Shown here piece by piece: positions 1 through 11,918 of a stretch of DNA of 64,000 nt. Location of the stretch: positions 39,494,001 through 39,558,000 of the forward strand of contig JBITNC010000002.1 of the NCBI GenBank assembly GCA_050084985.1, given 5' to 3'. A program made the position numbers and the translations under genes. This DNA comes from Nageia nagi. Its lineage: Eukaryota; Plantae; Pinophyta. The notes beneath the pieces were generated by a model, which was given only the letters and a program-made list of their open reading frames with translations, was not told where the DNA came from and ran no database searches. How positions within the stretch are numbered: position 1 is the first letter of the stretch; each line of letters starts with the position of its first letter.

Positions 1-1329
1 TTCAAGTTTTACTAATGGATACAATGTGTTGAATGTTCCTATTTGAAAAAATATATTAAGGAGTTCAATCTTAAATTGATACTTTTCAAAAGGTCAATAT
101 TTTTGCATTCTATATTCCTATAACTGAATCTCAATTGGATCTAATTGGATTAAAAAAATATTATATTCTACAGACCAAATGTTTCTTTTTCTACCTTCGA
201 TGGTGGATCAAAGTTTACGACATGGGCACCCTATTTAAGTTTTTCTATGGTGTGGGAATATTGTGGTTTTGAAGTTTCCTACGAAATTAATTTTTTCCAA
301 CATTATTTTGGTTTTTATTATTGAGGTTGAGTTTGAATTTGAGGTTTAGGTTTAGGTTGAGGTTGAGGTTTTTGGTTTTTATTTCATCTTTCTCAATTTT
401 TTTGCATATGGATCTTCTAATAATGAATCTAGTTCTTTCCTTATATATTCATGATATATTTTTTAAATCAAGATCAGCATAAATACCTAACATTAAATAA
501 GGATTGGCTAATATATGCTCTTTAATTTTCTTGAATTGATCTTGAGATGAAAGATTTTCAAATGCAATATCATACACTTCATATTTATCCATAACATCAT
601 TTATATATGTCTCAAAATCTATATCAACAGTAAAATCATCATCACTATCAATGTCACTATCATTATCATTTTCATTCTTTTGATTTTCTATGATTGATAC
701 ATTATTTTGCATATCATCATCATTTGCACTAATTAAGCATAAATTTGATAAACTAATTTCATCATAAGATTGTTTGCTATTGTTACTTTGCACAACATCC
801 ATATCCTTAGGTATGTCTTATTTATGAGAAGGTGCAAATATATTACTTATCATGTTTAAATATTCAAGGAAACCACTTCTAGTTGTAATATCCATGGTAA
901 AATGCAAGATCTAGTGTTTTGCACAAAACTTTAAGAAATATGATAAAATAAGCACTTTTACATTATACAAAATTAAAAATAAATTGCTAGCATAGCATGT
1001 ATATCTATGGTGTGGGACACGTTTTATGATGCTAGAACTTTCAAAATTTAGTTTTTTATGCAAAAATATTTTATTTGAAAATCTCTAAAAATCTTGATAA
1101 AAATGCATGCAATAAGCCCAAATTAATCTCAAAATGTTGCCCACTATGATGACCTATGGTTTTGGCAAGTTTTTATCATGAAACAAGTCACTAAATAGTT
1201 GTAAAATATTTTTAAAATTTATGATTTCTCAATGTAACATTTTCTACAAAACATTTTCCAAAATTGAACCAAATATACAAATCTAGACTTAGAATTTTTT
1301 TTTTTTTTAAATCAATTATATTTATCTAT

Positions 1330-4300
1330 TTTTTCTTATACTATTTTGTAGCTCCTACACATGCACAAGGAGTTTTGGCCCATGACCCTAGTTCTATTTG
1401 TAATACTTTGTTGCTTTTTCATTCATGGACTACAGATTTTTCAATAGCTAATGATGTGTCCCTTAAGGTTCATGTATGGGTTGAATTCCTTGATTTACCT
1501 TTACCTTTATGGCCTCATTTTTAGCATATTATAGCTCCTCTTAGAGAGATTATCTACTAAGATAAGGATAAATTTTCTTTGCTTTCCCTCACCATCATTA
1601 CTATGTGAAGGTCGACTTGTCTCAAGACCTTCAGCATCATTTTGATATTTAGATAGGAGAGACTAATTTCCATCAAAAATTAAATTATATTAATATAAAA
1701 AATACCTATTATATGTGTCATTCCAATACCCATATGATTTGTGAGTGTCCTTTTATGGAAGGTAATTTTAAGCCCAAGAAAACGATTACAGTTTGCCCCC
1801 TAGTGGAAATAATCCCAAGCCTACTCAGGGGAAATAGTCCATTCTTACTCATAAAGGCAAGAATGGAAAAAATAGTAACATTTCCAATGGTAAACTTTCT
1901 ACTATGGAAGGTGGTTTTGGTTTGGGTAACACTTCTAATGATCTTGGAAAATAATTTGTTCATAAAGGTGGTTCTATTGTAGTCCTTCAAGTTCCTTCAT
2001 CTGAATTGGTTGAGACTCCGTCGACACTTGTGCTACACCTGACAATGATTTTCTCATACTCCCAATATATGGTTATTGTTTAATCTCCTCCTCAAGGGTA
2101 GGAAACATTTCAAACACATGGGGGCCGAAAGTCCCATAGCCCTCCCTATGGTTCTTTTCATCCAAAGAAACATTACCATTTTACTCTAATTTTGAATGAC
2201 CAAGATGGTATTTTGAGTAATCCTTATGAATTACTCTTTAGGTTTAAGGACTCAAAGGAGGTGGAAATCGAATTCATGGATCATTTTTTTCATTATTTTT
2301 ATGTCATGAAATGTTAGAGGGTTTTTGAACCCTACTCGCAAATATTTCATCCAAAATGAGATTATTACTTGCATGCATTAGTTAGGTGCATTAGATGTTT
2401 TATGTTTACAAGAAATCAAGGTGCCAGGTTTCTGTTTGCAATCAGTCTGCACTATGATTTAGTTGAAGAGCCACTTTTACATTACTAATCATTATGATAG
2501 AAATGGTGTTGTTTCTTTTTTATTGCTAAAGGTGGCATTCCCATTTTGTTATTGGGGAATCGATCCCACCAACCAAGTTGTATGGGTCATTCTCAAGTTA
2601 GCTTGTACATCCTTTGGTATTCTAAATATTTATGCTTCTAATAATGTGTCTAAGCATTATTAATTCATTATGGTATTGGATCATCATTTCTACCTCAAGC
2701 CACCTATGTAGGGACTTTAATATGACTAAGTGTGCCTTTGATAAGATTGTTATTCATCCTACCAAGTGGCCTAGTGGGGATAATCATGCTTGGTTCTTCA
2801 TGCAAAGTAAATTAGGTTTTATAGACCCTAATGCTTATTTTGTACAAACTAATTTTCCATGTTATCTTTGGTACACATGGTCCAATTTGCAAGTTGGAGA
2901 TGCCCGTATCATATTTCATCTTGATCATACCATGTTTTCTGATAAAAAATGTTTCACATCAATTGGTGTAACAACTCAATGCTATTTGTAGAAGTCATGC
3001 CAAACACCATCACCTCAAATCATGCACTGATTCAATTCACTATTACTCATGATCATATACCTTATATGCAATGAACAACTTAGTTCTTCCTAAACATATC
3101 ATTTCTAAATTATCCTATAATAATTGCTCTTATTCATCATATTTGAAACTTAGTTCCCTACCCAGCTAGCATTACTAAACACATTAAGTGGTGGAATTGT
3201 ACTATCTCTCGCATAACAATGTTGCTTCTCACCCTTGGATGAAGGTTGCTAAATCCAAATGATGTTCTAATGCTACTTTATAGGAGGAATTGATCATAGT
3301 TATGCTTTAGTTGGAAGTTGATCCTTTCTCTATTCCACCTCAATCTCAAGATACTTAAATTTACCAAGAGATTAAGATTACAGACATCTATGACACTCAA
3401 GGTGCTCAAATTAAAGCCAAAATGCATTAGCTTAAAGTGGATGATAAAGTGATTAAGGATTTTTTGAATCGGCTCCAACCCCCTATCAAGCTACTCAATT
3501 CAAAGCCCTTCTTGATGGTCAAACTCGAGTCACCTCTATTATTGACATATCCAAGGTTTTTAAGCAATATTATTCTCATGCTTTTGCTTTGCAGCAATCC
3601 AACACTCAAACCCTTAAGGCTATTTCTACCTGTATGGATGTCGTGCCAATAAATTATCTACATCTCAATGGTTAGAGTGTGACCAACTCTTTCTGTTGGA
3701 TGATTTAAAAGAGGCTCTAACTCAAAATGGCCAATGATAAAGCTCTAAGTTTAGATGGTTTCCCCTATGAGTTTTGTAATAATATATGGGATATGATTGG
3801 CCCTAACCTTGTTAAAGTTTATCAATAAGCTATGCATTAAATGTATTTGGAAAAATTCATCAACAAGGGAGTGATTAAGTTTATTCCTTAGCAAGTGATC
3901 CTAAAATTATTACAAATTGGTGGCCCAATACTCTTTTAAATATCAGGTATAATATCATAGCTAAAGCTCTTGCTTTAAAGCTATGACCTCTTCTTCATTT
4001 GATTGTTTGCCCTAAGAAAAATGGCTTCAGCAAAGGTCATTATATTCTTGATAATGTTTTAGCTATATGGGAAGGAATGGAGTGGGCTAGGATTAACTAG
4101 CAAGCTACTCTTTTTGTTAATATTGATTTTGAGAAGGATTATGATAGAATTGAGTGGTAATTTATTCTTGACATGCTCAAAGCTCTCAAGTTTGGGAAAT
4201 ATTTCTTTCAATCAATCCACATGTTATTTCAAGATGTAGTTGTTGTGCTTTCCATTAATGGTTCACATTCCTCTTCTATTAATCTATTTCATTTTGTATG

Positions 4301-6740
4301 TTAAGGTTTCCCTCTGGCCCTTTCTCTCTACATTTTAACAACTAAAGCCTTTGGTTATTTTTTATCTCAGTAGGTATTTGTTATTAATATTAAGGATATC
4401 TCTCTCCCTTTTTCCCAGGCCCAACTTGTTAATGTTTATTTTGTAAATGATTATTTATGAATCTGAAAGAGGAAGAGAAGTTTATTCATCATGTCATTTC
4501 TTATCTTAATACCTTTTTCCAAGCTTCAAGTTCAAGTGTGCAATGGCATAAGAATTCTTGTTATCAATAGTTTGCCAATGATATGTCCTCTTGGCTTTAG
4601 GTTTTCAATGGCATTGGATTACTCTTGGGGAAGTGTTTAAATTTTGAGGTATCCCTTTTGCTTTTTATTCATCCCCTGCCAAGCTTTGGTCTATTGTGGT
4701 TCAAAAATTTAAACAAAAATTGGAGTGTTGGTTTACTAAGAAGCTCTCTTTGACTGGTAAGTTTCAAATTTATTCTAAGGTTTTGGTTGCCACTCATATT
4801 TATTACTGCTCTTAAGTGGTCCCCTCTAAGAATTGCTTCCTTAAACTTGATTGGTTGATCAAGGATTTTCTTTGGTCCAATTCTAAAGACAAAAGGGGGT
4901 TTCATAGGGTTTCTTAGGAAAATTATTGTTTCTCTCATTCTTTAGGTGGTATAGGTATTTTCAATTTCCATAGATAAGTTACTTCCCTCTATACCAAATG
5001 GCTTGTTCAAGTTATTTTAGGATAAGAGTCCTAGAAGGTTTTATTTTGGTATTTTATTTGTACAAGGCTTCCTCTAAACCATTGAGCTTGGAAGGGTATG
5101 GGCTTTGCTTCCCTCCTTATTGCTCCGATTTCAACCACCATTTTTGGCCCTTTGGTTATCAAAATTATTTGGAAAGAATGAGAGAAAATTAAACCTTGAC
5201 TTTAATGGAAAGGTTTGGATTCTTGTAAGAGTTTTTCTACTAAGAATTTGAATGTGTGGTGGTCTTCAATTTTTACTCTTCAAGGTTTACCACTTGCTAC
5301 TTTTCCTTGGATTCATGCTCGAAGATTTTATAAGAAAGGTATTGCTACTTTGTTGGATTTCTACTATGTGTATGATAGAGGTTTGTTTTCTTCGCCTTTG
5401 TTTAAATCCAAGTATGAGCTTCATCCAAATGATAAGAGTACTTATGAGGCAGTCTTAGATACTTTCCCTTTATCAATTCTCTTTAATATTCACACTCAAG
5501 CTTAGAGTCATGGTGGTCAAAAGGTCAATGGTATAAAGCAACCCCATTTTGTAACTACAATCCTAGAATGGGATATTTGTGTCTCTCTACTAGTCTCCCT
5601 ACGCATGACAATCTTAATCTTAAGTGGGATCTCATTTCTACTAGATCTAAGTGGAGAACTTAATTTTATATAGTTTGTAAATCTTACCTTGACCCAAAGC
5701 TCTCCTTTTCTTCTTGGTGTCTATTGTCTCAAAGTCTTCTATTGGGGCCTTGGTTGATCTATCTGGGGGTTGTTGACCCACATATTTTTGTAATTAGTCG
5801 AAGTCTTGCTTTCATATTTTTTGGGAATGCCCAAAAGCTAGTTCTACATGGTATTGGATTGATTCCTTTTCTACTCATACATGTCTCATTCCTTTGCTTG
5901 TTTCCATATTTTGTTGGGGGCACTCTCCAAATTTTTCTTTGGCTCTTTATGATATTTGGCATATTTTTCATACAACCATCTTATTCCACATTTGGGAAGA
6001 TAGAAACAAAATGATTTTTGATCAGTTGAATCCTTTCTCTTTCCCTTTGAATGACAAGCTATTTATTTTCCATGATGTTTGGTTGCAAATTTGTGTTTAG
6101 GTTGACAAAATTCAGATGGAGCTTAGCCACCTATGTGACCTTCTAGATTTTTTGGGGCAATGCTCCATGTACCATTTGTAAGGTTTCTATAAAGCCCCCT
6201 ACTCATATGCACTCCCATTCTAGGTCTCAACAACTTCATCATCCTTTGTAAGATAATTAAGCTCAATTTCCTCCCCCTCATCATGGTTGGAGTGCCCCAC
6301 CTCCACCGCTAGGAGATTCTTTTCATCGTGTTGATAGTTGGGAGCCTCGTCTGAAGGTGATGATAGTTATTAGAGAAATCAATGGTTGGGACATTAAGCA
6401 TGATTTACAAACTCCTGCAAATATAGATAATGGGTGGGATATGAGTAGCAAGTCACCTAAATGCATTGATAACTCAAGCTAGGGTATTGTTTTGATAGCT
6501 ACTAATAATTAGTAGAATCTTGTGGATGAGGATGACCACCAACCACTCTCTCCTTAGGAAGCTTAGTTTAAGTTTATGCTTTTTATAGTTTTGCAATTCT
6601 TAGATGGCTATTTTGTAATGCTGATGGCTTTAGTTTCTTTTTTAAATCCCAATCCTAGGAGTTGGGTATGTCATCTACCACCCAAACCTTTTTTCTTGTA
6701 AATTTTAGTATTTTTATTTTTAATATATATATATATATAT
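1330..6740 (+). mobile_element. Degenerate L1-clade LINE retrotransposon (ORF1 C-terminal part plus ORF2), many stops and frameshifts
   Basis: ORF1-like VHVWVEFLDLPLPLW (~1470-1510) and a decayed zinc knuckle (Y)YMCHSNTHMICEC (~1707-1748). APE endonuclease motifs MS(W)NVRG at 2301, LQEIK, NIYASN, (G)DFNM, YTWSN. RT motifs DGFP.EF, TLLN..Y.IIAKALA, IDFEK.YDRIEW (3750-4160). C-terminal HIWEDRNKMIF (~5990-6020). Ends in a T-rich tail and (TA)n. No TSD seen. Confidence 0.85.
6723..6740. repeat. (TA)n microsatellite at the LINE 3' end
   Basis: atatatatatatatatat. Confidence 0.8.
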
Positions 6741-8381
6741 GGTTTGGAAAAAATTTTATAATGCTAGATCTCACCAAATTGAAGAAAATGACCTTAAAAA
6801 ACTAGGGTTTTCTATAGTGATGCTTTTCAAGAAATAATTTTTTTAAGCAAGAAAATTTTCTAAATTTGGAGAAAAGTAATTCAACCAAAAATAGAATAAA
6901 ACCTAGGGTTTCTAATGCAAAACTCCTTAGAAAAAGTGATTCCCTAAAATAAAAATTCTAGGTTTGTAGGATTAATTAGCTTCACTAGAAATGTAGATAG
7001 TAAATTATGTAAGTAATAATATAAATGCAAAATAATTCTACAAAGATGATACTTATTCAAATATAATGATAAATAAATGAAAAGTGTCTATCTAATTATA
7101 ATTAATCAATCCTTAAGGTATAGCATAGATATATGGAGGACTAGATCAAATCAAAAGCAAGTATGCAGATGATAATGAATCATATAGAATAGCATTCATC
7201 ACCTCCTTTGTCTGTAGCTTTAGATTATGAAGACACATGCCATGGGTGACATACGAAATCTACAATGTGGATGTCATAAAACTTGTAGAACTAAATTACG
7301 CATAAAGTATAGCATGTAATAAAAAGTCATAGCATAACAAATTCTCATATAGGCGACATCTAGAGACATCGTAAATGTAGTAGCTGATATACGGAAAACC
7401 ACCTATCAAAGAGAATCGATAGGGGTTATTGTGTTGGGCACCTCCTTTTATACATGCAAGGATAAAAGAGAGAGTGAAAAGCAATTTTAGAATAATAATA
7501 ATCATTTCAATAGAATTATAAAATAACATGCAATATTAATGATATTCTCAAGATAATTCTATATATAAATATGATTAAGAGATATTAGCATTAATTAGTA
7601 CATGTTTGACATTTAATTAGCATATTAGCCTTAATATTATATATATTTGCATTATTTAAATATTTTATAGTGTAGATACTTAAAATATGATTTATTAATA
7701 AATAATAAATCATTTTTAATCGTTTATAGAATGAATAAACCATATTTAACATAATAGATTAGAAATAACAATTTTAGGATCTATGATAATATTTGTAGAG
7801 AATAAAGTAGTATTTTGGATAGATAAATATAATAATACTTTCTAGGTGTTGGGAACCTGTTCATTACGATTTTGTATTTGGATATATGATAAGGTGGCCT
7901 AAAATATGTCATATAAATTATAGATTTGTATAAAAATATTTAGATTTATTTTAGTTAATCAATTATTAGATACTTTATCCTAATCAATTATTTATGTGAG
8001 GGATTCAAGGATTTGACTAAGAGAGAGGTTAACACAAAGGAAAGAGTTATTATTTTACTAGTTTGTAGCATTCATTTTTATTGTAAAGGGATTTAATTTT
8101 ATACACAATAAGTTCTAATTGTAATTTCTTCAAATTGCAATAATTTGAAATGATTGATTTGGTTGAGAATAATATTTCTTTTACAACTCTTTAAAAAAAG
8201 ATATTGAACAAGTGAGGTTCACTAAAATCATGAAAGCTTAAATCATGAAAATTAACTTTGTGAATTCAAAAACTAGTTGGCCAATATTGAATTCACTCAA
8301 ATGCATTATGTGAGAATTATCCAAGTAATGAAACCTAATTAATTAAGATGACATATTATGATAATGAATAAGCCAAGATAA

Positions 8382-11064
8382 AGGAGCCATACATGGGGGT
8401 TCACCTACATTAATGCAAGTGACCCTTGATACATCTTGTTTGTAATCATAAATGATGGATTCATTATATTATGAAGCTAATATGTTAATGTAGGATTGAT
8501 GAGTTGTATATATGGATCATGGCAGAGAGAAGCTAGTTTTGGTGGGCGAAAGATGAATGGCTAGTGATCTCTAGAGGATGAAGAGCTAGCATCTAGAGGG
8601 TTGAGTCTCTCCATTGAAATCCCTTTGAAATACCATGATGAATGGGATTCCAGTGATGGTACATGATGAATAAATAGATATTATTTTCAATCACTTATGT
8701 GATCCAAAGGAGCTTAATGACTACAGTCATAAGTTAACAAAAGCCTAATAATGTCTTTACCATTTTGGAAATAAGAGCTATAGATCTAGAAGGCTTATTA
8801 GTTAGATAAGAGGAAAAAATATGATAATAGAGTATAAGAACCTTAGGAAGGTACTAATTGGATACTTTAAAACTCAAAGGCATCACATGAGGCTACGTCA
8901 TTGACCCATCTTGCTAGAGATAGCAAGGTCATGCTCATGATTTGTAATAAGCTATATAAGCACTAATATTTCAAAAATGGATAACTTGAAGGGGATAAGG
9001 GTGAAGGAATATGATTCTTGATTTTTATGGATTCTATAAGATGAAATAGAATAGTATTAGAGGTTCCCATAGTATTATTCTCTTATGATTGCTTATGAGC
9101 CAAAAGTAGAGAGTTTTGCAATATTGAAACTTGACTATTTTGAAGGATTTTTCTTCAATTATGGAAGGATATAGATAGAGGTAGGGTCATTGATTCTATT
9201 CATGGTGATGGAATGATGAAGAGGGGGTAGATAATGATAAGGAGTATGAGGAATCCTTAAAGAAAGAATGAAAGAGGAATGGTGCTCAAGGGTTTTATGT
9301 TTTAAGGTTGTCTTATTAATTCAAAACCTACAAAGAGGTAAGGTCACACCTACATTTGAGGAACGAGTGAGTGCAAAAAGTTGGTTCCACTGTAAGGCCA
9401 AAAATTGCAAGTGTTTTCCTTGATTTTCAAGTTTGGGTATGATGGATCTCAAAATTTTAAGTACTTAGACATGGAATCATGAAAAAGATCATTAGGATGA
9501 AAATGTAGTGCTCAAATTATAATTTTTAAATATATAATTTATTCCAATACCCATATCATAGAATTTAAAATTCGATAAGATGAACAAAAACCACTTAAAA
9601 AAAAACCATTTTTGGACCATACCATGCATGTGTTCGTCTAGAATAATTTGACTAAAATCAAGGTATTTTTAAAATCCTTTTAGGAAAAGATACCTAACAC
9701 ATTGGAGCTTGTCCTGGATATATTTTTAATAATTTTTTCATCAATATTTTTTTTATTAATTTTGTATTGGGCATGTTTATGGTTTTGAAAAGTGCTCATG
9801 TCTGTCCAACATAATTTGATCTATTTTTTTTTTTAATTTTATTTATTTTTCTTGTAGAGAATTATGTGAAACTTTTTCTTATATAATTTTTTTTATAAAT
9901 CCTCCAAAAAAATTATTAAGAAAATACGAGACCTTCATATTTCAAGTATATGGACCATTTTTACTAAAACAAAAATTGAAAAATACAAAATCTTATCCAA
10001 TTGTAAAAAAATTACATATTTAAAATCTACACTCTTTAATCTATAATGGGTTTTAATTTCATGAAAAAATTCTACCTGAAACTTCATCAAATGTATGCCT
10101 GAAGTTGAGATTTTTCATTAACATTGCCATGAACATATACTTGCAGGTCCAAGGCTAAGTGTTGGCTCACCAAGCCTTTTTTGAGCCTAAATCTAAGGCA
10201 AAATTGAAGATTCAAATATTAAGATCCTAATAAATGTATGTATTTTAGTTTTAAATCAGGATCCCAATTTTTTGACATTGAATTTTAACTTCATCAATTT
10301 TTCCACACTTCCCCTTTATGTGGAATCAACTTCTTGCTTTCACCTTAAGAGGTTTGATGTTGTAATAACCTCTTCTTGTTCATTTGGAAGGTGTTAGAGG
10401 TATCTGATGGGGTTTTATGGTGATCTTAGGAGCAAAATATATTTTTAGTTTATGAGAGTGAACAACACGGGGTGTTGTAATGGCATGCCTCCATGGTGCT
10501 AATTTATAAAGTTCTATTTTCTCTTGCAACTAAACATCTCGAAGAATTTATTTTTATTGTAAATCTCTTTCTTTGTCGATTCTTTTGTGATGAATACTTC
10601 AAAAGAACTCTTGGACAATCCTAGAATAACCCATGGTTAATAGGGGAGGTAGAGATATCCTTTGAAGATTTTTCAAATACTATGATGTTTAATAGTCTAT
10701 GTTTTTTCTTTCTGATTTGGTTAGATTAGTTTCTATTATTAATTCATTTTGGGTGTAGATGAGGCTTCTCTAGCCTTGTTTTTGTATGCTTTTGGCATGG
10801 ATCCATGGTCTGAGATGTGGCAGATCTTAGGAGAAGGTACTAAGATGATCTTTGGAGTAAGAAAATCTCTAAGATGTGGTATATCTTAGGAGGAGCCCTC
10901 CTCAAATTCAAATTATTGGTTTTATTAAGGTTGTATTCTTTAGGTCATACTTTCTACCCTTTCTTTGGGTTATTTTACTTGTGAGGCATGTTGAATATCT
11001 TTTAAAGCAATTGTAAAAGGATCATTTCAAAACCCCTATTTTTACATATATCCAAAAGAAAAAT
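8382..11064 (+). mobile_element. Probable old 5'-truncated LINE fragment inserted in duplication copy A
   Basis: Absent from copy B. Flanked by a degenerate direct repeat aataagccaagataa (8367-8381) / aataaaataagataa (11065-11079), 12/15 identical. Ends ttgtaaaagg...caaaacccc...A-rich tail. Protein motifs are only faint. Confidence 0.45.
9365..10345. mobile_element. Putative non-autonomous TIR DNA transposon (~980 bp) nested in the LINE fragment
   Basis: Left end agtgagtgcaaaaagttggttccactgtaag matches the reverse complement of the right end (ggtgaaagcaagaagttgattccacataaag) at about 23/31. Interior is AT-rich and non-coding. TSD unclear. Confidence 0.5.
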
Positions 11065-11589
11065 AATAAAATAAGATAACAATATTTAAAGTAAAAATTT
11101 AGCAAGTGAAATAGAATATATCTATTTAGTAACACTTTAATTCTACATGATTTAGAAAAAAAAAATTCAAATAATGATCAAATCATAACTTCTTAATCCA
11201 AATAATTTAATAATCTAAATGGAAATTATAGGAATGAAATTGTATTAAGCAAAAATAACGTTTATAATATTGAGGATGAAAAATATGAAAATGATATACT
11301 AGATCAGTTTTAAAATATTAATGGCATTTTCATGGATGTAGTGATGAATTTTGGCATTGCATTGTAATCTTCATGGTTGGAAGAGAAATATTATGGCAAT
11401 ATTGAAAAATATTACATCTCTTAGAAGATTGCTGTAAAAAATTGTGATCTATTATTAAAGGAAAATAAGTAAACAATCTATATACATTAAATGTTTAATG
11501 GGAGTTGAAGAAATTATCTTAATATTATTGGTAAGCTGATAAGAGAATCAAGAATAGAACTCTTCAATTTTACAAATCTACGGCTTATG

Positions 11590-11843
11590 TGAAGGAGTTT
11601 ACAGCTATTTTTCTGTTAGAATAAAGTCCTAGTCTTTAGGGATATTTATGTGTATTTGAATTGTTCTAAGTTTATGTAACCACTTGGCTTTATTTTCGCT
11701 AAGTGTGCTACTTTTTCATTTCTATTAAGATCATGTATTGAATGGCTATTTAAGCCAAAGTTATTGTTAATAAAAACTAAGTCATTCAATCTAGCTTGTT
11801 GTGTTCTTGTTCTTAGTTTCATTTTAGATCAAAGTTCCCAACA
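11590..11843 (+). repeat. 5' LTR of copia element 1 (254 bp)
   Basis: tgaaggagtttacagc...aagttcccaaca. About 15 substitutions and 1 indel relative to the 3' LTR. Confidence 0.95.
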
Positions 11844-11846
11844 ATC

Positions 11847-11858
11847 TAGTATCAGAGC
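11847..11858 (+). promoter_or_regulatory. Primer binding site, tRNA-iMet type (one mismatch)
   Basis: tagtatcagagc versus canonical tggtatcagagc, 3 nt after the LTR end. Confidence 0.85.
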
Positions 11859-11918
11859 ACCCACTCGGCCTGATAAATCAAAGAAGTAGTCTTTGAAGTT
11901 CTTGCAGCAGCACAAAAG

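Noticed and set aside
325-375. tttagg/gaggtt hexamer repeats as interstitial telomere
   Set aside because: Not TTTAGGG arrays; short degenerate hexamers only.
449-802. 117-aa acidic, N/D-rich minus-strand ORF as a host gene
   Set aside because: Low complexity, no recognisable domain and no splice or context support. It may be a transposon protein remnant but cannot be assigned.
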